Assembly (NCBI GenBank): GCA_963697165.1
Contig: CAVOMX010000025.1
Span: 1 to 64,000 of the forward strand
Origin: Candidatus Bathyarchaeota archaeon
GTDB lineage: Archaea > Thermoproteota > Bathyarchaeia > Bathyarchaeales > Bathyarchaeaceae
Direction: 5' to 3'
Length of the DNA stretch: 64,000 bases
The position numbers were made by a program, and so were the translations under genes. Below are positions 33,083 through 42,848 of the stretch, piece after piece. Below the pieces are notes generated by a model. The model did not search any database. It saw nothing but the letters and a program-made list of their open reading frames with translations, and was not told the DNA's origin. The stretch's first letter is position 1; each line of letters opens with the position of its first letter.

Positions 33083-33342
33083 AAAGTTTCAGCTCAAGTG
33101 TTACAGCCAAACGGTTACAGAATGCGTAATATTACTTATACGGTTTTAATGGTACGAGAGAAACATAAAGATTCTGTGGAGTGGCTTTTTTACATGAAGG
33201 GGCACACAGCAGCCAAAAACTTTGGCAAAAGCTTATAAAGTATTGTATGTTCATGTTTGAATCATATTTGTTTCTTAACATTAAGGCATATAAGATGCAA
33301 ACAGTCAGTTCTTAGTTAATCGACCCAACGGAGAGAATAAAA

Positions 33343-33498
33343 ATGAAAATGATTACACTACACTTGCCTGAGCCATACATTCAGGCACTAGATAATCTAG
33401 TTGACGAAAAATATTATCCAAACAGAGCCGAGGCAATCCGCACAGCGGTTAGAGATCTCCTCAGCATAGAGGCTTGGGGAAGAAGCAGAAATGGTTAG
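33343..33498 (+). CDS. Ribbon-helix-helix regulator, CdrS-like
   Basis: Not in the ORF track. MKMITLHLPEPYIQALDNLVDEKYYPNRAEAIRTAVRDLLSIEAWGRSRNG; PNR.EAIR.AVRDL signature. Confidence 0.88.
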   Translation: MKMITLHLPEPYIQALDNLVDEKYYPNRAEAIRTAVRDLLSIEAWGRSRNG

Positions 33499-33682
33499 AA
33501 ACATAGAAAAACTAATCAAACTCGAGTGCCCAAGGGAAATTTCAGAAATGAAAATAGACACAGCAGAAGTCTTTCCCACAAACCCCAAACTAGACCTCAT
33601 GGACATGGAACCCTGCGCAGAACAAGGAATCACGGTCCACGTCAACTTAGGTCTAGACCAGCTCGAAGAACAGGAAGAATAA
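33491..33682 (+). CDS. Small acidic hypothetical protein translationally coupled to the RHH gene
   Basis: ATG overlaps the RHH 3' end; 63 aa ending NLGLDQLEEQEE. Confidence 0.6.
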   Translation: MVRNIEKLIKLECPREISEMKIDTAEVFPTNPKLDLMDMEPCAEQGITVHVNLGLDQLEEQEE

Positions 33683-33702
33683 ACTCTTCCATCCCAAATT
33701 TC

Positions 33703-34338
33703 TCAAATTTTCCTTTTCAAACCTAATGCCGTTCTTTCAAGCCTAATTTTCCAAGGTATCCCACGTCCTCTAGGAACCACAGCACCCCGTTTTATAGCAT
33801 CAACAATTTCGTCAACATCAGAATCAGCCTCAACAACAGTGTAGGCTGACCCAATTTCAGGAGCATAATGCGAATCGCTCCCACCAGTCTGCGGAAGACC
33901 TAAACCATCAGCAAACCTTTTGCTAAAATACGTCAAAACAGAAAAAGGAACAGAAGACGCATTCATCACCTCAACAGCATCATAAGAACTTACACTTCTG
34001 CTAGGCGGCGACTTATAGAATGCAGTAGGATGAGGAGCCACAGCGATTCCCCCAACGTCATGAATTCTTTGGATAGTCTCTTCAATGCCCAGTTTTGCGG
34101 GTATCGAAGTGGTTACGTTAATCCCGAGAAGATGACCATCCAAGGTGGATACTTCTATTCCGGGAACTATGAGTAGGTCACGTGTTTTTAGTTTGAGGGC
34201 GCCTTTGACGGTGTTGTGGTCTGTGACTGCAACTCCATCCAGTCCCCGCTTCTTAGCGAAGACAACAACTTCCTTGAGAGTTATAGAAGAGTCACAAGAA
34301 TAGCATGTGTGGACGTGAAAGTCTATTTTAAGCCCCAA
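33703..34338 (-). CDS. PHP-domain metallohydrolase
   Basis: DFHVHT, AVTDHN, GIEVST, PHP, GGSDSH. Confidence 0.92.
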   Translation of the reverse strand: MGLKIDFHVHTCYSCDSSITLKEVVVFAKKRGLDGVAVTDHNTVKGALKLKTRDLLIVPGIEVSTLDGHLLGINVTTSIPAKLGIEETIQRIHDVGGIAVAPHPTAFYKSPPSRSVSSYDAVEVMNASSVPFSVLTYFSKRFADGLGLPQTGGSDSHYAPEIGSAYTVVEADSDVDEIVDAIKRGAVVPRGRGIPWKIRLERTALGLKRKI

Positions 34339-34362
34339 AAGCTTCCCTTCATATCGCCCATT

Positions 34363-36048
34363 CTATACTTTAGACTTTTGCAGTTTAGTCCTCGCTTTAT
34401 CCAGATTTGCCTGAAGCGTCTCTTCATTACCCTCTATTTTGCTGAACAGAGGCTTCGCCTTGCTTATCTTGTGGTCTGGAGGAAGCTCTTTTTCGGTTTC
34501 GTTCCACGTTTGCTCATGAACAGACCCGTCCAGATTGAGGAGCATCCAGAGCTTCTCTGCCGTGAAGGGAATGAAGGGCTCCATAATTATCGCCAACTGT
34601 TTCACGATTTGGGCAGCAACATAGAGGGTGTTTGCTGACTCTTGGCGGTCGGTCTTCATGGTTTTCCATGGCTCCTTCTCGTTGAAGTATCTGTTGCCCA
34701 AGTGGCTTAGGCTTATGGCGTAACGTAGAGCTTCCTGCAGTTTGAAGATTTCCAGCCTTTCTGCAGTTTTGTCCACAATTTCTTTAGCTTCTTTTAGAAC
34801 CGCCTCGTCTTTTTCGTCGAGGTTGCTTGGCTGCGGCACTGTGCTGCCGAATTGTTTGTTTATGAAGGTTAATGTTCTGTGTATGAAGTTGCCGAGGGTG
34901 TCGTTTAGGTCGGAGTTCACTTTTTCGATGAGTGTTGTCCATGAAAAGTTGGTGTCTTTAACTTCAGGCCTTATGGACATAAGGGAGTATCTCCAGTAGT
35001 CTGCCGGAAAGAGTTCTAGTGCCTCGTCTATCCAGATTCCTATTCTTCGGCTCTTGGAGAATGCTTGACCATCAAACATCAGAAACTCTGTGGAGTGGAC
35101 CGTCCAAGGCAGATTATAGGGTTCGTGGGTAGCCAACAGCAAAGCAGGCAAGATAATAGTGTGAAATGGAATGTTGTCTTTCCCAATGAAGTAAAGCGTT
35201 TTCGCTTCTTTGTCGAACCAGTATTCCTTCCACCGCTCTTCCTGCCCCAACCTCTTGAAGTACTGGATAGTGGCTGAAATGTATCCCAGAACGGCTTCAA
35301 CCCACACATAGATTGTCTTATCCTCAGATCCCGGAAAAGGCGACTGAATTCCCCATTTGTTGTCTCGTGTGACTGGTCTAGGTTTTAGTCCTTCTTTTAG
35401 AATGTTCAAAGTGAAGTTCCGCGCATTATCAGGCAAATTTTCGTTATTCTGAATATAGTCCCGAAGCTTTTCAGTTAACTTTGGCAAATCAAAATACCAA
35501 TGCTTCCGTGTCTCAACAATTGGCGCAGAATTGCATATTGCACAGCGAGGCTCCAAAAGATTTGTGGGCTCAAGAAGGTTCCCACAGGCGTCACACTGAT
35601 CTCCCCGAGCACCAGCGTCTCCGCAGCGGGGGCAAATTCCCTCCACGAACCTGTCAGGCAGGAACCGATCACACTTTGGACAGTAAAGCTGCTCGGTTTC
35701 TTGTGTGAAAATATAGCCGTTCTCGTAGATTTTCAGCAAAAAGTCGTGTACAAATTCTTTGTGCACAGGATTTTCTGTGCGTGTATAGTTGCTAAATGCT
35801 ATGCCCCACCGTTCAAAGAGGCTCGCGATTTGTGCATGGTTCCGGTCTGTCAACTGTTTTGGAGGAATATTCAATCGAAAAGCCTCTATCTCGATGGGAG
35901 TCCCATGCTCATCGGAGCCAGTTACGTACACAACATCTTCTCCCTTTAGCCGATAATAGCGGGCTACAACATCGGCTGAAAGAATTGAGCTTACAATATT
36001 TCCTAGATGCGGCACATAATTGATGTAAGGCCACGCCGAGGTAACCAA
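34363..36048 (-). CDS. metG: Methionine--tRNA ligase (no C-terminal tRNA-binding domain)
   Basis: SAWPYINYVPHLGN, GSDEHG, zinc knuckles, FSKS; the true start may lie about four codons upstream. Confidence 0.96.
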   Translation of the reverse strand: MVTSAWPYINYVPHLGNIVSSILSADVVARYYRLKGEDVVYVTGSDEHGTPIEIEAFRLNIPPKQLTDRNHAQIASLFERWGIAFSNYTRTENPVHKEFVHDFLLKIYENGYIFTQETEQLYCPKCDRFLPDRFVEGICPRCGDAGARGDQCDACGNLLEPTNLLEPRCAICNSAPIVETRKHWYFDLPKLTEKLRDYIQNNENLPDNARNFTLNILKEGLKPRPVTRDNKWGIQSPFPGSEDKTIYVWVEAVLGYISATIQYFKRLGQEERWKEYWFDKEAKTLYFIGKDNIPFHTIILPALLLATHEPYNLPWTVHSTEFLMFDGQAFSKSRRIGIWIDEALELFPADYWRYSLMSIRPEVKDTNFSWTTLIEKVNSDLNDTLGNFIHRTLTFINKQFGSTVPQPSNLDEKDEAVLKEAKEIVDKTAERLEIFKLQEALRYAISLSHLGNRYFNEKEPWKTMKTDRQESANTLYVAAQIVKQLAIIMEPFIPFTAEKLWMLLNLDGSVHEQTWNETEKELPPDHKISKAKPLFSKIEGNEETLQANLDKARTKLQKSKV

Positions 36049-36320
36049 AAACTTAGTGAACGCAACACACCTCCAAAAATGTTTTCAAGCACAACAATTT
36101 CTTTATGAAGATAATGTACTTAAAGACAACGGAAACAAAAACAGACACAGCAAACAAAGAAACGGTTAGTAAAAAGCTTGAGTGTAAGAAAAAATGGGAC
36201 ACAACAACGAGTTTACTTTTAATTTCTTGGGAATAAACTGAATTTTGGATCGATAATAACAGAATAAAATCAGGTTCTAGAGTTTGGTGGGCTTCTTGCG
36301 AAAATATATAAAAAAGGGAG

Positions 36321-36629
36321 TTAGGGTGTTTCTGCTTCACCCACTGGCTCTTTTCCGGTTCCAAGGAATCCACGATTCGATGCAAAGTAGACGTTTACTG
36401 GTTTTTCGTTTCGTAGAACGTCTATTACGTTTTCGAACATTGTTGAGGGGAGATGCATTCTTATGATTTCGCCTGAAGTATAGTCGTTTTCGAATGTCAT
36501 TCCGGGGTCATTGAATCTCACGTAGGCGACGACTTTGTTGTTATTGTAGAGAGTTATTTGTGCTCTGTTTGTTTGATATCCTGTTGGGCTTCCGTAGAAG
36601 AGAACATGGTATCCGGTAACGTTTACCAT
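36321..36629 (-). CDS. Hypothetical protein (102 aa)
   Basis: AGGTGA RBS-like sequence; globular-looking sequence with DVLRNEKPV...EPVGE; function unknown. Confidence 0.75.
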   Translation of the reverse strand: MVNVTGYHVLFYGSPTGYQTNRAQITLYNNNKVVAYVRFNDPGMTFENDYTSGEIIRMHLPSTMFENVIDVLRNEKPVNVYFASNRGFLGTGKEPVGEAETP

Positions 36630-36891
36630 TCATTTCACCTAATCCGTATCTTGAATATTGATTCTTAATAAACATTATCGTTTCTGAGGGCTACACAAAT
36701 ACACATCAAACAAGGCGCCGAAAAATGCACGCAAAGCAGATTTGCGAGTTTCATCCTGTTTACAATATTGAATAAAAAGGTATCCCGCAAAAATCCAGAG
36801 TTGGATCAGTGTGTCCAATAACGGTAACCTGAGTCTCGAAACTTGTCAGTCTTGCCGCTAAGGATAGAATGGAAAACTAACGCGCAAAATA

Positions 36892-36915
36892 GTGCGAGGG
36901 TTGGGATTCGAACCC
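36892..36915 (-). other. Isolated tRNA 3' fragment (T-loop plus acceptor strand, Leu-like); possible att scar
   Basis: Reverse complement GGGTTCGAATCCCAACCCTCGCAC with no 5' half. Confidence 0.65.
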
Positions 36916-37116
36916 TCTGACGTGGAGATGCACCTAATTCCCTCTTTTTTATCACAAAACTCAAAGTAAATCAAGTCCCCATTTTGGTGATTTCATAATA
37001 CGCCCAAAATTGAATGGTTTGTAATGGCACGTATCTAGCATATTTTTTACGGAAAACTCTTCAATCAAGACAATCCAATAATGGGAAGAGGAAAACGCTA
37101 ATGGTGACTGACGGAA

Positions 37117-38370
37117 ATGATACGGAGCATGGAACCAAACAGTTTGGTTGTCTTTGATGTTGAAGGAATTCTGATACCAAAGAACCGTTATCTCCTCTTT
37201 GAGATATCAAGAATACTTGGATTTTTGGGTTTCATACGAATTATTACATTAGGATTCCTTTACGAAACTGGGCTATTACATCTAGAATCTGCCATGAAAA
37301 GAATATTTATGATGTTCAAAGGACTTAGCGCAAAAGAATTCTTTCAAATTCACAAAAAAATACCTCTGACGCCAGGAACTGAAGAAGTTTTCAAAAGATT
37401 AAACAAGAACGGGTATAGGACAGCATTGATTAGTTCAGGTCTTCCCACACAAGTTGTAAAAGATTTTGCCACCAGACTGCAGGCTGACTACGCATATGGT
37501 CTAGAACTGGAAATAATTGATGAACGTTTGACTGGAGCCATAGGAGGCGACGTGATTAAACAGGGAGGCAAGGCAGTAGTACTGAAAAGAATCCTCGAAA
37601 AAGAAAAATTAACCCCCAAAGAGTGCGTCATGGTTGCTGATGACCGAAACAACATTTCAATGTTTCCTTTATGCAAATTGAGGATAGGCTACAATCCCGA
37701 TTTTGTTTTAACCGCAAAATCCGACTTTGTCACAAGAGGCGCACTGACAGAAATTTTGCCTCCAATAACAGGAGAAAACTCGCCAGCGTCTCCAGTGGGC
37801 ATAACAAAAAGTCGAGGCCTAAGAGAAGCAATCCACACGGGCAGTTTTCTGTTAATATTTGTTTGCATATACATTCTCGGAAATGTTTTGGTCGCTTCGT
37901 TGATACTTCTTGTAACCGTCCTTTACACAGCATCTGAGATTGCCAGAGTACGCGAAATCAACATTCCCATACTGTCATTGATAACTTGGAATGCAGCAAA
38001 CAAAACTGAACTCTACGAATTTGCGACAGCTCCAATCCATTTTGCTTTAGGTATAGCGATTTCTCTTCTCGTCTTTCCAGCGCCTATATGTTACGTAGCA
38101 ATCACAGTGCTCACTTTAGGCGATGGTTGTGCTCACATTTTTGGAATGAAGTTTGGAAGAACCCGCCTGCCATTCAACAAAGGAAAGAATTTGGAAGGAA
38201 CAATCTGCGGTTTTCTGTTTGCCTTTTTTGGAGCAACGATTTTTGTTGACCCAACCAGAGCTTTTATTGTAGCCGCCGTTGGAATGCTAATTGAAAGCCT
38301 CCCGCTACCCATAAACGATAACATAACCCTGCCCATAGCCGCTGGACTAATGCTTAACCTAATTTCGTAA
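37117..38370 (+). CDS. HAD (SerB-like) phosphatase fused to a dolichol/phytol kinase-like (CTP_transf_1/SEC59) membrane domain
   Basis: FDVEG, ISSG, K, VADDRNN HAD motifs; REAIH, LGDGCAHIFG, KNLEG, NDNITLP kinase motifs. Confidence 0.85.
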   Translation: MIRSMEPNSLVVFDVEGILIPKNRYLLFEISRILGFLGFIRIITLGFLYETGLLHLESAMKRIFMMFKGLSAKEFFQIHKKIPLTPGTEEVFKRLNKNGYRTALISSGLPTQVVKDFATRLQADYAYGLELEIIDERLTGAIGGDVIKQGGKAVVLKRILEKEKLTPKECVMVADDRNNISMFPLCKLRIGYNPDFVLTAKSDFVTRGALTEILPPITGENSPASPVGITKSRGLREAIHTGSFLLIFVCIYILGNVLVASLILLVTVLYTASEIARVREINIPILSLITWNAANKTELYEFATAPIHFALGIAISLLVFPAPICYVAITVLTLGDGCAHIFGMKFGRTRLPFNKGKNLEGTICGFLFAFFGATIFVDPTRAFIVAAVGMLIESLPLPINDNITLPIAAGLMLNLIS

Positions 38371-38479
38371 TGCAAAACTGGTAGTTACGATACAATTAAA
38401 AGATTGCAGGTTATCATATAATATCGATTCGGCAAATTGATAGCCCGCAACAGAATTGATTTAATGGAGTTTTCTCTGC

Positions 38480-39085
38480 TTGGCAGAATCGGATAAAATT
38501 GAGTATAGACCCATCTCTGTTCGTGAAGCTCTCACAGAAATGAAAGATGTTTCAGAGATTATGATAGACTTAGCGTATTCAGCAGCCCTTTTCAATAGCA
38601 ACGAACTCGCAGAAGAGGTTATGGAACTCGAAAAAAGGGTAGATTACCTAGATTACATCATAGACATGAACGTCATGCTGGCAGTCAGAGACGCGGAAGA
38701 CGCAGAACACCTCACCGCGGTGACGACCGTAGCCGCAGCCACCAACAAAATTTCAGACGCAGCCGCTGACATAGCAGCCATTGTTCTAAAAAATATTGGA
38801 ATCCACCCCATAGTCCGAAAAGCATTTGAACAAGTTGAAGAACGGCTAGCACGAGCAATAGTCAAACCGGACTCAATATTAGTCAACAAGAAACTTGGAA
38901 AGTTAGAATTAGCTGCAAAGATAGGAGTTGACGTGATAGCTATTCGAAGGCAAAAAGAATGGATCATAGACCCCAGAGACGAAGAAAAGATTGTAAAAGA
39001 CGACGTTTTAATTGCCAGAGGAGCACCTCATGGCGTTGACGAACTAAAAGTTCTAGCATCAGGTAAACAAAAAGAGATGGAATGA
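38480..39085 (+). CDS. PhoU-like plus TrkA_C (RCK_C) domain protein
   Basis: EMKDVSEIMIDLAYSA; GVDVIAIRR...DVLIARG. Confidence 0.88.
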   Translation: MAESDKIEYRPISVREALTEMKDVSEIMIDLAYSAALFNSNELAEEVMELEKRVDYLDYIIDMNVMLAVRDAEDAEHLTAVTTVAAATNKISDAAADIAAIVLKNIGIHPIVRKAFEQVEERLARAIVKPDSILVNKKLGKLELAAKIGVDVIAIRRQKEWIIDPRDEEKIVKDDVLIARGAPHGVDELKVLASGKQKEME

Positions 39086-39097
39086 GGAAAAAAGTCA

Positions 39098-39700
39098 GTG
39101 ACTATAACGGAAGAACATTTCAAAAAAATTGTTGAAAAACTCGTGCTTCTAAAAGACACCTCTGAAATCATGATAGACCTCGCATACTCTTCGCTCCTTC
39201 TCAACAGTCAAGCATTAGCCGAAGAAGTTGCAGCCCTAGAAAATTACATGGACAACCTCCACACAGAATTTGAACTCCTAATTTTGTCTAGCGGTTTTAC
39301 GCCAAAAGAATCCAAAGACTTCCTTGGGCTAATACGATTAGGAGTAGTCATAGAAAAAATAGCAGACGCAGCCATGGAAATCGCCTACGTCGTACTAAGA
39401 GGACTGGAACCCCATCCGATACTGAGGCTTGTAATAGAGGAAGCGGAAGAAACAGTGACAAAGGTTACCGTTTCAGCGGTCTCCACGTTAGTAGGAAAGA
39501 CAATTAGAGAAGCCCAACTTCAAGAGGAGACTGGAATGGGGGTTCTAGTTATCAGAAGAGGCACCTGTTGGTTGCGACCCCGCCCCGACACAGTGATTTG
39601 GTCAAGCGACATTTTGATTGCCGCAGGTTACGCCGAAGGAGAAGAAGACTTTAAGGCCTTAGCGTCAGGCAATAAACAACAATCTGAGGAAGAGTCTTAG
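39098..39700 (+). CDS. PhoU-like plus TrkA_C domain protein (tandem paralog)
   Basis: LKDTSEIMIDLAYSS; ETGMGVLVIRRG. Confidence 0.88.
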   Translation: MTITEEHFKKIVEKLVLLKDTSEIMIDLAYSSLLLNSQALAEEVAALENYMDNLHTEFELLILSSGFTPKESKDFLGLIRLGVVIEKIADAAMEIAYVVLRGLEPHPILRLVIEEAEETVTKVTVSAVSTLVGKTIREAQLQEETGMGVLVIRRGTCWLRPRPDTVIWSSDILIAAGYAEGEEDFKALASGNKQQSEEES

Positions 39701-39716
39701 AGACATATTCGAGTTT

Positions 39717-40949
39717 TCAGACAATAAGAGCCAATGCAATAATAACAGCGGCTGTTGTCATTGTGTCTGCTAAGGAGCTTTCGATTGGAATTACAAAATT
39801 ATCTGGGTTCCAGCCGCGCCTGAAAGTGAAGATTGCCACAGAATAGGCAATAACGATCATAATAGAGACAGAAAGGGCATTTGTTGTTAAGAGTTGGATA
39901 ATAAATATTGCTAGGTCCCCTAACTTTGCTGTACCACTGATAAACGAAGACAACATCGCATAGATTACAAACATTATAACCGATGCTGACCATGCTCCGC
40001 CTATCTCGTTTATGTGCTGCTTTATGGATGAAAATGAGGGCTTGATTAAACCCAACGCAAGTTTTGTAGTGGCTGTTGAACCGATTATCGAGCCTACTCC
40101 TCCAATAGTTGCAATAATGGCGGGGTAAACAGCGTATATCGCTTTTCCACTAGCGATTCCAGTTATCCTGTTTAACAAAGAACCAGTAACGTTAACAATT
40201 ACAGTAACAAACAACAAAGTCAAAAGAAACTCTTTAATTATTCCAACAAAATTTGTGTCACCAACATTTTTTGCCAAAATGTAAGCCACAAAACAGATGA
40301 AAAATATGTCCAGCATCCAAATCAAATATCGCCCAAAGGAACCAAACAAGAAAAATAGAGCCAAACTGAAGACGTAGCAACTGGTGTTAATAATATCGGA
40401 CACTGGAGAAGTCACAGGATACACAACAACATCCGGATCCAGCCCTCGCCTAAATGAAAACACTGAAAAAATCATCGTTAAAGGTGAAACAAACACCACA
40501 GACAAAGCCATTGTAGCAATAATCACTGCAAGTAACGGAATAAAATCGATTACAGCGGCATTCCAAAGAAACACGCCAAAAACCCAAGTTCCAACTCCCA
40601 CACTGACGCCGCTTACAAGAGCCAATGTAACAATCACACGGAGAATGGTTTGAAAATCTTTAGTGTTTTTTGTCAAAACTGGTTTGATGGTTCCCAAGTG
40701 CAATCCAGTTCCCAAATGCCCACTAAAAAGACCCCCAACAGCACCTCTAACGCTCAGAATACCCGGAAACAGAAACAGCGCCCATGGAGCCTCATCGATA
40801 GATAAAACACCAAAATATAGAACAAGCAGGGTTCCAGTTAGTAACCCAATTAAATCAAACGATAAAGACAGTATAGACTGACCGAGACTGTTTTTCAGCT
40901 TCTTTTTGGACAGAGCTCCGCCTATGTTGGTCTTCGTCATCGCTGTCAC
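39717..40949 (-). CDS. MgtE integral-membrane-type divalent cation transporter (duplicated domain)
   Basis: GLDPDVVVYP and GWNPDNFVIP...AD motifs; typical partner of the PhoU/TrkA_C pair. Confidence 0.85.
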   Translation of the reverse strand: MTAMTKTNIGGALSKKKLKNSLGQSILSLSFDLIGLLTGTLLVLYFGVLSIDEAPWALFLFPGILSVRGAVGGLFSGHLGTGLHLGTIKPVLTKNTKDFQTILRVIVTLALVSGVSVGVGTWVFGVFLWNAAVIDFIPLLAVIIATMALSVVFVSPLTMIFSVFSFRRGLDPDVVVYPVTSPVSDIINTSCYVFSLALFFLFGSFGRYLIWMLDIFFICFVAYILAKNVGDTNFVGIIKEFLLTLLFVTVIVNVTGSLLNRITGIASGKAIYAVYPAIIATIGGVGSIIGSTATTKLALGLIKPSFSSIKQHINEIGGAWSASVIMFVIYAMLSSFISGTAKLGDLAIFIIQLLTTNALSVSIMIVIAYSVAIFTFRRGWNPDNFVIPIESSLADTMTTAAVIIALALIV

Positions 40950-41304
40950 TTCCGTCCATCCAGCTTAGCCTCCCAGTTCTTGAATGTGAACCCTCTGCAG
41001 TGGCATGGAGCGTACAGCTGAGCATGTAGAGTTCTTGACCCATTACTGGATCGGCACTCCCACGTAACATTAACACAGCTTTATGTCGCTCCTATTACAA
41101 AATAGACTTAACAATAGCCCTTAAAGGCTTTTTGTACAATCTTTCAGCACAATATACCTTATAACAAAAACAAAAGAATGAGTGAGAAAAAGGGGAAATT
41201 AGAGGAGTCCCTGAGCACCAACAATTGTTACGTTTATAGTCTCCGTTAACTCAGTCTTCAATGGCCATTAGCAAAAAAAGAAAAAGTGGGTAGATGTACA
41301 GACA

Positions 41305-42219
41305 CTATGGTTTTGTCAAGCTGAGACTCTTCATCAAGTCCCGTTTTCTGTTCCGAACAGTAACCTCAGTTACGTTTGCAGCTTTGGCAAGCTGGGCCTG
41401 GGTCACCTTTGTTTTCAACATTTTTGCTGAAAGGTAAAGTATTGCAGCCGCTAATCCCGAAGGATCCTTTCCGGTGGTAGCGTATTTCCTCTTAGCCTCT
41501 CTTAGCAGGTTGATTGCTAATCCCTCAACATCGCTGGAGACTTTAGCTTTCTCAGCTACCTTTGTTATGTAGTCTGTTGGATCGTCTATGGGCATCCTCA
41601 TATCCAAGTTTCTAACTATCACACTGTAGGATCGGGCAATCTCCTTTCCGCTCCACTGGCTGGCTTCCGCAATCTCTTTCAAAGTCCTAGGAACCTTAGT
41701 GAACCTAACTGCAGCGTATAAGGCTCCAGCCACCATACCTCCAATGCTTCTTCCCCGAACCAATCCTTCGTTCAAAGTTTTCCTGTAGATTATCGCTGCC
41801 ATGTCGTGAACTGAGGAGGGCATATGAAGCACGTCACAGAGGCGTTGGAGTTCACTCATAGCTAGCATTAGATTTCTGCTTTGTGAAGCGTGAACTTTTG
41901 AGCGTGTCTGCCATCTTCTAAGGCGCCACATTTGCTGTTTGACTTTTGGTGAAAGCGGGCGACCAAGAGCGTCCTTTTCCACTCGGATGACAGTGGACAA
42001 ACCTTTATCGTAGTGGGAATAGTCAGTCGGGCTGCCTGCTCGTGCTCTGGAGTCTCTTTCTTGGGGAGTGAATGCTCTCCATTCAGCTTCCTGGCTTTGA
42101 ATGTTCTCTTCGACGACTAAACCGCAACGACTGCAGACATATTCTCCCATCTCTGAATCTAGCACCAGATTGGTGCTCCCACATTCTGGGCATCTAACTG
42201 TTACAATCTGCTTTGTCAC
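41305..42219 (-). CDS. tfb: Transcription initiation factor B (TFB)
   Basis: CPECG...CSRCG zinc ribbon, EWRAF, cyclin repeats, VTEVTVRNR. Confidence 0.95.
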   Translation of the reverse strand: MTKQIVTVRCPECGSTNLVLDSEMGEYVCSRCGLVVEENIQSQEAEWRAFTPQERDSRARAGSPTDYSHYDKGLSTVIRVEKDALGRPLSPKVKQQMWRLRRWQTRSKVHASQSRNLMLAMSELQRLCDVLHMPSSVHDMAAIIYRKTLNEGLVRGRSIGGMVAGALYAAVRFTKVPRTLKEIAEASQWSGKEIARSYSVIVRNLDMRMPIDDPTDYITKVAEKAKVSSDVEGLAINLLREAKRKYATTGKDPSGLAAAILYLSAKMLKTKVTQAQLAKAANVTEVTVRNRKRDLMKSLSLTKP

Positions 42220-42848
42220 TTTTCATTACCCCTTTTATGTGACTAAATATACTGTAGTGCAAGCAATATTTAAATATGACGTATGTCATATTTCATCTCT
42301 CCGACCTTCTAAACAAAAATAGCCCAACAACACGATTAGAAAACAACAAAATTCAACACTAAGCTCATCTCCTGGTTGCCCATTTAATTCTAGTTTCTGT
42401 GGAATCAGAAAATTCACTCGAAGATCATGGAGACCTAAATCAGTTGAGAATGTTATTCTGGAATTGGAGCATCTACAGTTGAGGGTTATGAGCAGTTTTA
42501 GGATTGGTGCATCCCTACAAAATATAATTCGGTTTTTCTCAATTAATTGAAACCTTGAGTCCAGCAACCAGATGAGACTAATAATTAAAAGCTGATAAGT
42601 AAAATAGTAGGTTCAGCAAGCTCAACAGAGTAAAATCTAAGATTTTCTTAATAAAGGAAAAAAAGTCTGGGGGTTAAAATTTAACACCCTAAACGTTTAC
42701 TCTGGATCGTTGGTTCTTTTAGCTGTTTTTTTGGAAACCGTGGATACCGTTGATTTAGCTGTCTTTTGTGAAAATAAGCATAAGAATAAATTAAATTAGC
42801 ACATAAGTTAATATCAGGAAATAGTAGATTCACTGAATGTTTCTATAG

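Noticed and set aside
42286..42567. 93-aa ORF between tfb and the NrpR-family gene
   Set aside because: No motifs or RBS; cannot be supported as a gene.
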